This document shows, piece by piece, positions 8,064-15,958 of a DNA stretch of 39,826 bases. The DNA lies in contig CAMOHY010000001.1 of assembly GCA_946615495.1 (NCBI GenBank), forward strand, positions 1 through 39,826. Direction: 5' to 3'. This DNA is from an uncultured Clostridia bacterium (GTDB taxonomy: Bacteria; Bacillota; Clostridia; Christensenellales; Aristaeellaceae). A program made the translations under genes and the position numbers. A model generated the notes under the pieces. It saw nothing but the letters and a program-made list of their open reading frames with translations. It searched no databases and was not told the origin of the DNA. Position 1 is the first letter of the stretch; every line of letters starts with the position of its first letter.

Positions 8064-8077
8064 GTTGCCCACCTCCT

Positions 8078-9049
8078 TTAGAACAGCGATTCATCCGTCA
8101 TCACCTTGCTCACCCGGTTAGAGGTAATGAGCAGGGCCAGATTGACGATGGATTTGAACAGCCCCACGGCTGTGGCATAGGAATAGCGGCCATTATCAAA
8201 GCCGGTGCGCATGATGTAGGTATCCAGAATGTCCGCTACCTGGCGGTTGCTGGCGTTGCCAAAGGCGTAGGCCTGGTCAAACCCGTCGCCGCCGGACATG
8301 ATTTTTCCACATTCCAGAATAAACAGGATCGCGAAGGTGGGGCGCAGATGAGGCCAGGTGATATACCGGAATTTATGCCAGCGGTTGCCTCCGTCGATGG
8401 CCAAGGCTTCGTACAGCCCCTGGTCGATGTTGCAGATCACGCCCAGATAGATGATCGAACCCCAGCCCACGCCCTTCCACAGGGCTGTTAAAATAATCAG
8501 AGGCCGGTAATAGGCGGATTCCGCCAGAAAATTGATCTTTTGGTCCACGATGCCCCACTGTACCAGCAGGATATTCAACGCCCCGGAGGAGGGATTGAGC
8601 AGATTGTAGAAAATGCCGTAGGCGATGGACCAGCCGATGAAATGCGGCAGATAGGACAGGGTCTGCGACAGCTTCATGAATTTGGAGGAACGCAGCTCGT
8701 TGAGCATCACGGCCAGCAGCACCGGCGGCCAGGTGCAGAACAGCAGCTTCAGCGCGGCGATATATACCGTGTTTCCCAGCACGCGCCAGCAGGATTCGGT
8801 GCTGAAGAAATCGATAAAATGTTCAAAGCCGTTGTTCCTGGCCCAGGGGCTGTTGGCCACGCCCTTGAAGATATTATAATTTTTAAAGGCAATGGTGATG
8901 CCGTACATGGGCAGATAGGACATCAGAACGGTAACCACAATGGCGGGCAGCACCATCATTTGCAGCGTCAGCTGCGATTTTGCGTCCCGCCCGGCGATTA
9001 CCGAATTCAGCTTTTTCCTTTTTCGCATCCTCACGCTTTCCCCTTTCAT
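8078..9049 (-). CDS. Carbohydrate ABC transporter permease (LplB-like)
   Basis: EAA-loop motif LYEALAIDGGNRWHKFRYITWPHLRPT. The ATG at 9049 overlaps the upstream stop (ATGA). An alternative ATG at 9028 is possible. Confidence 0.9.
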   Translation of the reverse strand: MKGESVRMRKRKKLNSVIAGRDAKSQLTLQMMVLPAIVVTVLMSYLPMYGITIAFKNYNIFKGVANSPWARNNGFEHFIDFFSTESCWRVLGNTVYIAALKLLFCTWPPVLLAVMLNELRSSKFMKLSQTLSYLPHFIGWSIAYGIFYNLLNPSSGALNILLVQWGIVDQKINFLAESAYYRPLIILTALWKGVGWGSIIYLGVICNIDQGLYEALAIDGGNRWHKFRYITWPHLRPTFAILFILECGKIMSGGDGFDQAYAFGNASNRQVADILDTYIMRTGFDNGRYSYATAVGLFKSIVNLALLITSNRVSKVMTDESLF

Positions 9050-10089
9050 TCGTAGGCGCTTTTTCTCTTTGCGGCGGCGAACCGAACGGCGTAAGCAACG
9101 GCGTTTTTCAGGCTCAATTCGCTGGCGGTGCCCTGGCCTGCTTGATCAAAGGCCGTTCCGTGGTCTACGCTGGTGCGGATGATGGGCAGCCCCAGGGTAA
9201 TATTTACCCCGCTGACCGCCTGCCATTTTCCTGTATCCCGATCGTACACAAAGCCCAGCAGCTTCAGGGGAATATGGCCCTGATCATGATACATGGCTAC
9301 CACGATATCGTACCATCCGCCCCGGGCCTTGGAAAAAATGGTATCCGGTGGTATGGGGCCGACGGCGTTGACGCCTTCTGCCTGGGCTTCTTCGATGGCG
9401 GGAGCAATTTCCTCAATTTCCTCCCGGCCAAATAAGCCCCCCTCCCCGCAGTGGGGATTCAGGCCTGCCACGCCCACCCGGGGATTCTCGATTCCCATCT
9501 CCCGGCAGGCGCGGTCCGCAATGCGAATCACCTCCAGCACCCGGTTCTTTTTCACCCGGTCGCAGGCCTCCCGCAGGGATACATGGGTGGAAACATGCAC
9601 GATGCGCATATCGTCGTGTGCCAGCAGCATGGTATAGCGGGCCGTATGGGTGTAATGGGCATAGATTTCCGTGTGTCCGGAAAAGTGATGCCCGGCCAGG
9701 TTCAGGGCTTCCTTGTTCAGGGCGTTCGTCACGGTGGCGTCCACCGCGCCGTCCAAGGCCAATTCAATCGTTTTTTTTACGTATTGAAACGCCGCGTCTC
9801 CCGCTTTGGCAGTGATTTCTCCCACAGGGATTTCATCTGGAGAACAGCAGCCCAGAGAAATCACATCCAGCGTTCCGGGAGAAAATTTTGCTTCCGCAGG
9901 CTCCCGGATTTCATGCAGGCGCAGTTTCGGCATTCCGGGGATGGCCATAGCCCGTTCCAAAATGGACGTGTCTCCTACAACCAGCGGGCGGCAGGTATCA
10001 TACAAGGCAGGATCGCTCAGGGCCCGAATGCACAGTTCAGGCCCGATGGACGCTGGATCGCCCATGGTGATGCCGATCACGGGCTTCAT
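9046..10089 (-). CDS. PdxA-family NAD-dependent dehydrogenase (4-hydroxythreonine-4-phosphate dehydrogenase-like, likely PdxA2/tetronate-4-phosphate type)
   Basis: Motifs GITMGDPASIGPE, GHTEIYA, NPHCGEGG, AMYHDQGHIPLK and RTSVDHGTAFD. It is in an operon with a DUF1537 kinase. Confidence 0.9.
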   Translation of the reverse strand: MKPVIGITMGDPASIGPELCIRALSDPALYDTCRPLVVGDTSILERAMAIPGMPKLRLHEIREPAEAKFSPGTLDVISLGCCSPDEIPVGEITAKAGDAAFQYVKKTIELALDGAVDATVTNALNKEALNLAGHHFSGHTEIYAHYTHTARYTMLLAHDDMRIVHVSTHVSLREACDRVKKNRVLEVIRIADRACREMGIENPRVGVAGLNPHCGEGGLFGREEIEEIAPAIEEAQAEGVNAVGPIPPDTIFSKARGGWYDIVVAMYHDQGHIPLKLLGFVYDRDTGKWQAVSGVNITLGLPIIRTSVDHGTAFDQAGQGTASELSLKNAVAYAVRFAAAKRKSAYE

Positions 10090-10985
10090 GCGCGGATCAC
10101 TCCCTTGGCCTTTAAATCCTCCAGGGCCTTGCCAATAGCGCTTTCCGCTTCAGGCGAAAGCTGGTTGAAGGGGGCACGGCATTTTCCTACCGGGTAGCCC
10201 AGCATGGCGGTGGCCGCTTTGGTGATGGTGTTGGGGTTCCCTAATTTAAAGCAGTTCCGGAAGGGCCGGATCACATCCTGCGCAGCCCGGGCAGCCGTCA
10301 TATTCCCGGCTGCGAAATTTGTATAAATCGCCACCATGTTTTCCGGGAACACGTTGGCGCAGCCCGAAATGGCGCCCTTCCCGCCAGCAATCAGCGTCCA
10401 GAGAATCAGGGAATCATTTCCTGAAAGCACGGTAAAGCCGCTGCCCCAGGTGCATTCAATGAATTGCAGGATGGTATCAAAATTTCCGCTGGAATCCTTA
10501 ATGCCAACAATGTTATCCACGGCGCTGAGCCGTCCGGCGGTAGCGGGGGCGATGGCGTTTCCCGTACGGGCGGGAATATTGTAAAGCAGCATGGGAATAT
10601 CCACGCTTTCTGCCACTGAGCGAAAATGATCATACAATTCATTCTGGGAGGCGACTGCAAAGGAGGGCGTGATCACGGAAAGTACATCCGCGCCGATGTC
10701 CCGTGCCTTTTGGGAAAGGCGAATGGTGTCCCGGGTGGAAACGCAGCCCGTGCCCGCATATACGGGCACCCGGTGATTCACCTGCTCCACGCAGATTTCC
10801 AGCACCCGCACCTTTTCTGTTTCGGAAAGGATGTAACCTTCGCCATTGGTGCCGAAGGGGAAAATGCCGTGCACGCCCGCTGAAATGAGCCGTTCGATTT
10901 GGCGGCGCAGTTCCTGCTCGTTGATGGTTTCGTCTTCGTGCATCGGGGTGAGAATGGGTACGATGATGCCTTTGATTTCCTGCAT
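10086..10985 (-). CDS. Dihydrodipicolinate synthase (DapA)/N-acetylneuraminate lyase-family class I aldolase
   Basis: FPFGTNGEGYILSETEK, YNIPARTG and the Schiff-base lysine context VGIKDSSG. GGAGGG lies 6 nt before the ATG at 10985. The longer ORF-track start would overlap the ADH gene. Confidence 0.85.
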   Translation of the reverse strand: MQEIKGIIVPILTPMHEDETINEQELRRQIERLISAGVHGIFPFGTNGEGYILSETEKVRVLEICVEQVNHRVPVYAGTGCVSTRDTIRLSQKARDIGADVLSVITPSFAVASQNELYDHFRSVAESVDIPMLLYNIPARTGNAIAPATAGRLSAVDNIVGIKDSSGNFDTILQFIECTWGSGFTVLSGNDSLILWTLIAGGKGAISGCANVFPENMVAIYTNFAAGNMTAARAAQDVIRPFRNCFKLGNPNTITKAATAMLGYPVGKCRAPFNQLSPEAESAIGKALEDLKAKGVIRA

Positions 10986-10998
10986 ATTTTTCCCTCCA

Positions 10999-12141
10999 TC
11001 ATGCGAGAAGCTGTTGATAAATCTGCCGTGCGTCTTCGGGCGTGACCGGACGCTTGTTATTCTGCAGCAGTCGCTGCACATCCATGGCGGCGCTCACCAG
11101 GCTGTCCACGTCCTTTGCGGTCACGCCAAAGGATGTTAAATCTGTAGGAATATTTAAATGCTTTACCATTTCCTCCAGCCGGGTCAGCACCCAGGCGGAT
11201 TTTTCCTCATTTGTTTGCGCGTCGCGTTCCTCCAAGAAATCGTACATCCGCGCAAAATCCTCCTGGCAGGCGGAAGCGTTAAAGCGCATCACGGGTACAA
11301 GCAGCATGGCGTTGGCTGTCCCGTGGGCGATATGATATTTGCCGCCCAGGGGATAGGACAGCGCGTGCACCGCTGTGGTGCCCGAACAGGTAATGGCCGC
11401 TCCGGCGTAAAAGGCCGCCAGCAGCATGGCGTTTTTGCTTTCGATGGCATCCGGGTCCAGGCAGGCTCGTTCGATATGGGGAAAAATCAGCTTCAAGGCC
11501 TCCTGCGCAAACAGATCGCTGAAGGGCGTCGCCTTCCGAGAGGTATAGCACTCTATGGCGTGGCACAGTGCGTCCACCCCGGTGGAGGCCGCGATGGCCG
11601 GGGGAAGGCGGCGAATCATTTCTCCGTCCAGAATCACCGCATCGGGAATCATTTCCGCGCAAACGATGCCCACCTTCAATTCCTTTTCCGGAACAGCCAC
11701 GATCGCGTTGGGCGTGGCCTCCGCGCCGGTGCCCGCGGTCGTGGGGATCATTACGGTTTTTACCGTCTTTTTGCCCCGGGAGGGATCATCCAATAAATCT
11801 TTGATCGTATACCGACCGTCCGCGGCAATGGAGCAGAGCTTGGCAATATCCATTACGCTGCCGCCGCCAATGGCCACGATCCTGTCAGCGCCGCTGCTTT
11901 GGAACGCGTCCACAACCGCCTGGGCCTGCTTATAGGTGGGTTCGGGATATAAATCCAGCAGGCATACCGTCTCCAAGCCCGCTTGCCTGAGAAGCGCCAG
12001 TGGATGCTCCAGCACGCCGGCGGCTTCGATGCTGTGATCGGAAAACACGGCGATTTTTTTTGCTTCCGCACACAGGAACGGCAATTGCTCTATGGCATGT
12101 TCCCCACTGAACACCGTGCCCGGAATTTTCCACGCGTACAT
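10999..12141 (-). CDS. Iron-containing (group III) alcohol dehydrogenase
   Basis: AIGGGSVMDIAK, the metal-binding His motifs ALCHAIECY and HALSYPLGGKYHIAHG. The ATG at 12141 is preceded by GGAGGGA. Confidence 0.9.
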   Translation of the reverse strand: MYAWKIPGTVFSGEHAIEQLPFLCAEAKKIAVFSDHSIEAAGVLEHPLALLRQAGLETVCLLDLYPEPTYKQAQAVVDAFQSSGADRIVAIGGGSVMDIAKLCSIAADGRYTIKDLLDDPSRGKKTVKTVMIPTTAGTGAEATPNAIVAVPEKELKVGIVCAEMIPDAVILDGEMIRRLPPAIAASTGVDALCHAIECYTSRKATPFSDLFAQEALKLIFPHIERACLDPDAIESKNAMLLAAFYAGAAITCSGTTAVHALSYPLGGKYHIAHGTANAMLLVPVMRFNASACQEDFARMYDFLEERDAQTNEEKSAWVLTRLEEMVKHLNIPTDLTSFGVTAKDVDSLVSAAMDVQRLLQNNKRPVTPEDARQIYQQLLA

Positions 12142-12142
12142 T

Positions 12143-13411
12143 TTATCCCTCCGCATATTTGGCCTGAGCCGTAACGCAGTCCAGAATATTTTTCTTTCCC
12201 AGCCCGCCGCTTTTGGACAGCATGCGGATCCTTTTTCCATTGACCTGGACGGAGAACGCCACCACGCCTGTGGTCACCTCTCCTTCCAGCGTAATGGACG
12301 GCGCTTTCAGCTGCCTGACAAAGCCAATCAGCGTATCCCCGCCGATTACCATGGGCGTATAAGCTTTCGTTTCCGGCATGTCCAGAAGCCGCAAAAGCAA
12401 TTGACCCAACCGTCCTGCGATGCAAGCGCCGATTTTTTCTGCCTCCGCTGTCCGGCCCGCTTCCGGCCCTTGGCCGTCTGTATCCAGCAATACGGATACC
12501 CGTGTCCGAAATAACCCCTGAAGCTCTTTTAGCCAGTTTTGCCCGGCCAAGCTGTCCAGATCGTGTTCATCCAGCAGCCGGGAAAGTGGATAGGTGCGTC
12601 GCACGCAGCCCATATCCTCCCCATACGCCAATTGCAGCTTGGTAATGGGATTTACGCTGCCGCAAATTACCAGCAAAGGTCCTTCCACATACGGCGAGGG
12701 ACGCTCCCTGCACGGCAGGCCCAGGGCGGTGTGCAAGGCATCGGCAAAGCCAGCGCAGCCCGCTGTTACACGCAAATTGCCCCGCGCTTGCAGCTGGGTG
12801 ATGACGAGCTGAAAATCGTCGTTGGTTTCCACGTCAAATACCGCAACCGTTTTTTCCTTTGGAAGATCGCCTATCTCTGCCCCTGGCGGATATTCCCTGA
12901 CCCCCAGATCCCAGGAGGAAAATAAATCTCCGATTCCTGAAATATGAACGGGGTTCAATAAATCCTGACTGAACACGCTGTCCTGAAGCGGCATACCGTC
13001 GATCCATTGCACGCCGCCCCGGGTGATCCTTCCCATATCGGGATACGCCGGGGCGAACGCGGCCATTTTACTGCCTGTTGCGTCCAAAGCGGCCTTCACA
13101 GCCGCGCCAATGTTTCCCCGCAGGGCGGAATCCGTTTTGATATACAAATGGGGTACGCTCCGCGCTGCCGCCCACCCGGCCAGGCGAAGGGTGGCGGCGT
13201 AAGCCTCTTGAGGAGGCAAATGCCGGGTTTCCGCGTCAACCACCAGCACCTCCGTCCCGTGCGCGTCCGATGGCAGCTCATCCGCTAAAGCCACCCTGAC
13301 GCGCGCCCCGTGCTTTGCGAACTTTACGCCGGTATCCAGCGCCCCGGTAAAATCATCAGCAATCACCACGAGACGCAATTGACCATATTGCAATGTTTCA
13401 TTTTGGAACAT
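12143..13411 (-). CDS. Four-carbon acid sugar kinase family protein (DUF1537; OtnK/DtnK-like)
   Basis: The N-terminal signature is LVVIADDFTGALDTGVKF. The two-domain length is 422 aa, and the gene is clustered with a PdxA-family gene. Confidence 0.9.
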   Translation of the reverse strand: MFQNETLQYGQLRLVVIADDFTGALDTGVKFAKHGARVRVALADELPSDAHGTEVLVVDAETRHLPPQEAYAATLRLAGWAAARSVPHLYIKTDSALRGNIGAAVKAALDATGSKMAAFAPAYPDMGRITRGGVQWIDGMPLQDSVFSQDLLNPVHISGIGDLFSSWDLGVREYPPGAEIGDLPKEKTVAVFDVETNDDFQLVITQLQARGNLRVTAGCAGFADALHTALGLPCRERPSPYVEGPLLVICGSVNPITKLQLAYGEDMGCVRRTYPLSRLLDEHDLDSLAGQNWLKELQGLFRTRVSVLLDTDGQGPEAGRTAEAEKIGACIAGRLGQLLLRLLDMPETKAYTPMVIGGDTLIGFVRQLKAPSITLEGEVTTGVVAFSVQVNGKRIRMLSKSGGLGKKNILDCVTAQAKYAEG

Positions 13412-13473
13412 ACGTCTTTCTCACGCTCCGCTGTTTTGCTGCTGTAATGTACAAATCATCCATTTACAAGGCT

Positions 13474-13503
13474 ATTATAACAAATTTGCCTTTGAACGCA
13501 CAA
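13474..13503 (-). promoter_or_regulatory. Candidate extended -10 promoter of the kinase operon
   Basis: The minus strand carries TTGTGC (weak -35), an 18-nt spacer, then TGTTATAAT (TGn + TATAAT at 13474-13479). This lies about 60 nt upstream of the ATG at 13411. Confidence 0.45.
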
Positions 13504-13557
13504 GAGCATTTTCTTTCGTTTCCATTCTTATTTTGTTTTAATTTGAAACATTTCAGG

Positions 13558-13586
13558 TTGAAATGATGCTTCTTTTCTGGTATGCT
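13558..13586 (+). promoter_or_regulatory. Candidate sigma70 promoter of the regulator gene
   Basis: TTGAAA (13558-13563), a 17-nt spacer, then TGGTATGCT (extended -10, with TATGCT at 13581-13586). Confidence 0.5.
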
Positions 13587-13620
13587 GTAACCGAAAGCAT
13601 TTTGTGGGGAGGGTATTTGC

Positions 13621-15420
13621 TTGTCTGTTACCAGAGTTTTGGGAATCGCCCCCTATGAGAGCATGTGCAGCCTGATGCTTCAAGCCGCCGAAAGTATTTC
13701 AGACGTGGCCCTGACTGCCTGCGTAGGCAATTTGGAGGAGGGCGCTCACATCGCGTCGCAATATACGGAGCGGGAGTTCGATGTGATCCTTTCCCGCGGC
13801 GGCACCGCCGAACTGATCCGTCAAAAAACGAATCTTCCGGTGGTGGAAATTGAGCTGACGCCCTATGATATTCTGCGGGCGATTCGGCTGGCGGAAAACA
13901 GCAACAGCCGCTACACTGTAGTGGGCTTTCCCTCCATCACCCGCACGGCGCTGATTTTAGGCGATATTTTGCGTTACGAAATCGATCTGTATACCATTCA
14001 CAATGAACAGGAAGCACGCCAGGCGCTGGAAAAGCTGTCCCGGAAGGGCTGCCCCATGGTGCTGTGCGATATGATTACCCATTCCTTGGCTCAGGAGTAC
14101 GGCTTGCCCGCTATTTTGATTACCTCCGGATTGAAAAGCGTGGAGGAGGCCTTGCATCAAGCCGTTGATATCAGCCGGATTTTCCTGCCCCAGCGGGAAA
14201 AGCTGCGCATGATGGAAGCCGTGCTTTTTTCCCAGGCTGAGGATTGGGCGGTATTCGATGAAAAAGGGCAGCGGGTGCTGGCCTGTCTGCATGCCACGCT
14301 GCCGGAAACGGTGGAAAAGCGGCTGGACGCCTGCGGCCTTTTGGTGCTTCAGGAAGGGAAAAAACGGCTGGAATTTTCAGCAGGAGGCTGCATATATCAA
14401 TTAAATGGCCAAATGATCAAAACCGGCGAAAAACGCTATGCCGCCGTGCGCATACAAGCGGGCAGGGGACGCAGCTCCTATGAAAAGTTTGGTATTCGCT
14501 ATCGGGATAAAGAGGAAATCAAAGCCCATCCGGCTTATGTTTTTTCCGAAATCGTCCAGTCTGCCATCCCGCCGGAGCCGGGCATCAAAGACGGCGAAAC
14601 GCTTCTGCTGGCGGGACAAACGGAAATGGATACGGACTGTGCTGCGCGGCTGATTTATGCCAAAGGAAAAGACCAGAACGCGCCGCTGTGCGAAATCGAT
14701 TGCGCCCTGCTGCAGGAAAAGGGCTGGAATCATTTGCTGGAATCCAATCATTCCCCTTTGCTGGAAAACGGCATTACGCTGTACTTTCGCCATATCGCCA
14801 ATTTAACGGAGGTTCAGTTTCAGCGCTTAACGCTGTCCATGTATGATATGCAGTTGGAGCGCCGAAGCCGTCTGATCTTTGATTGCTCCGGCTCCACGGT
14901 TCAATCCGCCCTGTCCCCCCGCTGCCAGCAATTGCTTTCCCGCCTCCGAAGCGCATTCATCTGTTTGCCGCCCCTGGCGCAGCGCAGGAATGAAATTCCC
15001 CACCTGGCCGGTATGTATATCAGCGTTCTCAACATGCGGTCCGCCAAGGAGATTGCCGGACTGGAGGAGGGGGCCATGCAGCTGATGCTCCACTATGACT
15101 GGCCCGCGGGCTATGAACAGCTTCGCCGCGTATTGGAGGAGCTGGTAGAAAGCGCCAGCTCGGCCTACATCCTGGAGGCGGACACCTGGCCGGTCATTAA
15201 CCGAGAAAAGCGGCTGTATGCCCATCAGCCCGCACTTCCCTTTCCGGATATGATCCGGGGAAAAAATCTGGAGGAAATCGAGCAAATGGCCGTTCAATGG
15301 GCGCTGGCAGAATACGGCGGCAATCAAAGCGCGGCCGCCCGGCAGCTGGGCATCGGCCGCACGACGCTGTGGCGTATGCTGCATGCAGGGAATGAGTCAT
15401 GCTTTCCATCCAAAAAATGA
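13621..15420 (+). CDS. PrpR-N-domain / PAS-like / degenerate sigma54-type AAA+ / Fis-HTH transcriptional regulator
   Basis: The N-terminus VLGIAPYESM...DVILSRGGTAELIRQ...PVVEI matches the PrpR_N pattern. The C-terminus EIEQMAVQWALAEYGGNQSAAARQLGIGRTTLWRML is a Fis-type HTH. The central region aligns to EBP AAA+ landmarks (LPPLAQRRNEIPHL, YDWPAGYEQL) but lacks intact Walker A/B and GAFTGA motifs. A TTG start is preceded by GGGGAGGG. Confidence 0.85.
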   Translation: MSVTRVLGIAPYESMCSLMLQAAESISDVALTACVGNLEEGAHIASQYTEREFDVILSRGGTAELIRQKTNLPVVEIELTPYDILRAIRLAENSNSRYTVVGFPSITRTALILGDILRYEIDLYTIHNEQEARQALEKLSRKGCPMVLCDMITHSLAQEYGLPAILITSGLKSVEEALHQAVDISRIFLPQREKLRMMEAVLFSQAEDWAVFDEKGQRVLACLHATLPETVEKRLDACGLLVLQEGKKRLEFSAGGCIYQLNGQMIKTGEKRYAAVRIQAGRGRSSYEKFGIRYRDKEEIKAHPAYVFSEIVQSAIPPEPGIKDGETLLLAGQTEMDTDCAARLIYAKGKDQNAPLCEIDCALLQEKGWNHLLESNHSPLLENGITLYFRHIANLTEVQFQRLTLSMYDMQLERRSRLIFDCSGSTVQSALSPRCQQLLSRLRSAFICLPPLAQRRNEIPHLAGMYISVLNMRSAKEIAGLEEGAMQLMLHYDWPAGYEQLRRVLEELVESASSAYILEADTWPVINREKRLYAHQPALPFPDMIRGKNLEEIEQMAVQWALAEYGGNQSAAARQLGIGRTTLWRMLHAGNESCFPSKK

Positions 15421-15859
15421 AAAAGAACATTTCATGCGGGTAGAAGGCCTGGGTTTGCTTATACGTTTGATGCCCCGGCGGCCGACGCAATGCCACGTCT
15501 GTGGGGCAAGCATTCATAATGATTCCCATATGGAGCAGCCGCATATCCTTTCCTGTGCTGGCATGGCGCTAAATGGCATTGGTTCCTATGATGAACCGAA
15601 AGGGGGAGATCTGATTTTCCAGGCCGATTCAGTCTTAAAGCTGCGATCGCGCAGTTATTTTGATTTAATGAACTGCACCTACACAGCCATGGAGGATTCT
15701 CCGGGCTGGTATGCAGGCTCCTTCCGCTTGGGATCAGCTGCCCTGGGAATTCTATGTGGTGACCAATCGGGAAAGCGAGCTGAAGCAATGACGTAAGCTC
15801 CCAAGACCTATTCATGACTTCGTGGATTTTTCTTGGATCCATCATCACTTCAATAAGAA

Positions 15860-15908
15860 ACGCCCTGCTGCACTCTCAACATGAAAAATTGCAGCAGGGT
15901 GTTTTTAT
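15860..15908. terminator. Bidirectional hairpin terminator
   Basis: Stem ACGCCCTGCTGCA (15860-15872) / TGCAGCAGGGTGT (15890-15902) with a 17-nt loop. TTTTTAT follows on the plus strand and TTTCTTATT on the minus strand. It lies just downstream of the GH13 gene. Confidence 0.65.
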
Positions 15909-15958
15909 AGAATCGTCCTTCAGGCTCATCGCTGCTTTCCTTTGGCAGCCCGCCTTGC

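Noticed and set aside
5817-8081. A 754-aa plus-strand ORF, the longest in the track.
   Set aside because: It lies entirely antisense to the well-supported SBP and permease genes. Its composition is His/Gly/Val/Ala-rich and low in complexity, with no RBS and no recognisable motif. This is a typical shadow ORF of GC-rich, codon-biased genes.
10986-11081. N-terminal extensions suggested by the ORF track for several genes: 10986-11081, 12142-12240, 27940-27999, 32840-32995, 36980-37105, 38040-38057, 7089-7106 and 23030-23047.
   Set aside because: In each case the extension overlaps the upstream gene or the RBS itself and lacks family homology. An internal ATG or GTG with a well-spaced AGGAGG-type site also matches the family's usual N-terminus.
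13586-13599. A cre-like (CcpA) site, TGTAACCGAAAGCA, just downstream of the regulator's -10.
   Set aside because: It matches only about 12 of 14 positions of TGWNANCGNTNWCA and has poor dyad symmetry. That is too weak to call without comparative or experimental support.
13412-13620. A sigma54 (-24/-12, TGGCAC-N5-TTGC) promoter, expected for an EBP-like regulator.
   Set aside because: I found no acceptable match on either strand. Both divergent genes instead have extended -10 sigma70-like elements.
15383-15848. ORFs of 137 aa (plus strand, 15383-15796) and 129 aa (minus strand, 15459-15848) in the unassigned gap.
   Set aside because: Neither has a Shine-Dalgarno at any candidate start. The plus-strand ORF begins inside the regulator gene. 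Composition is Cys/His/Pro/Arg-rich and I recognise no motif. I kept this only as an unassigned-region finding.
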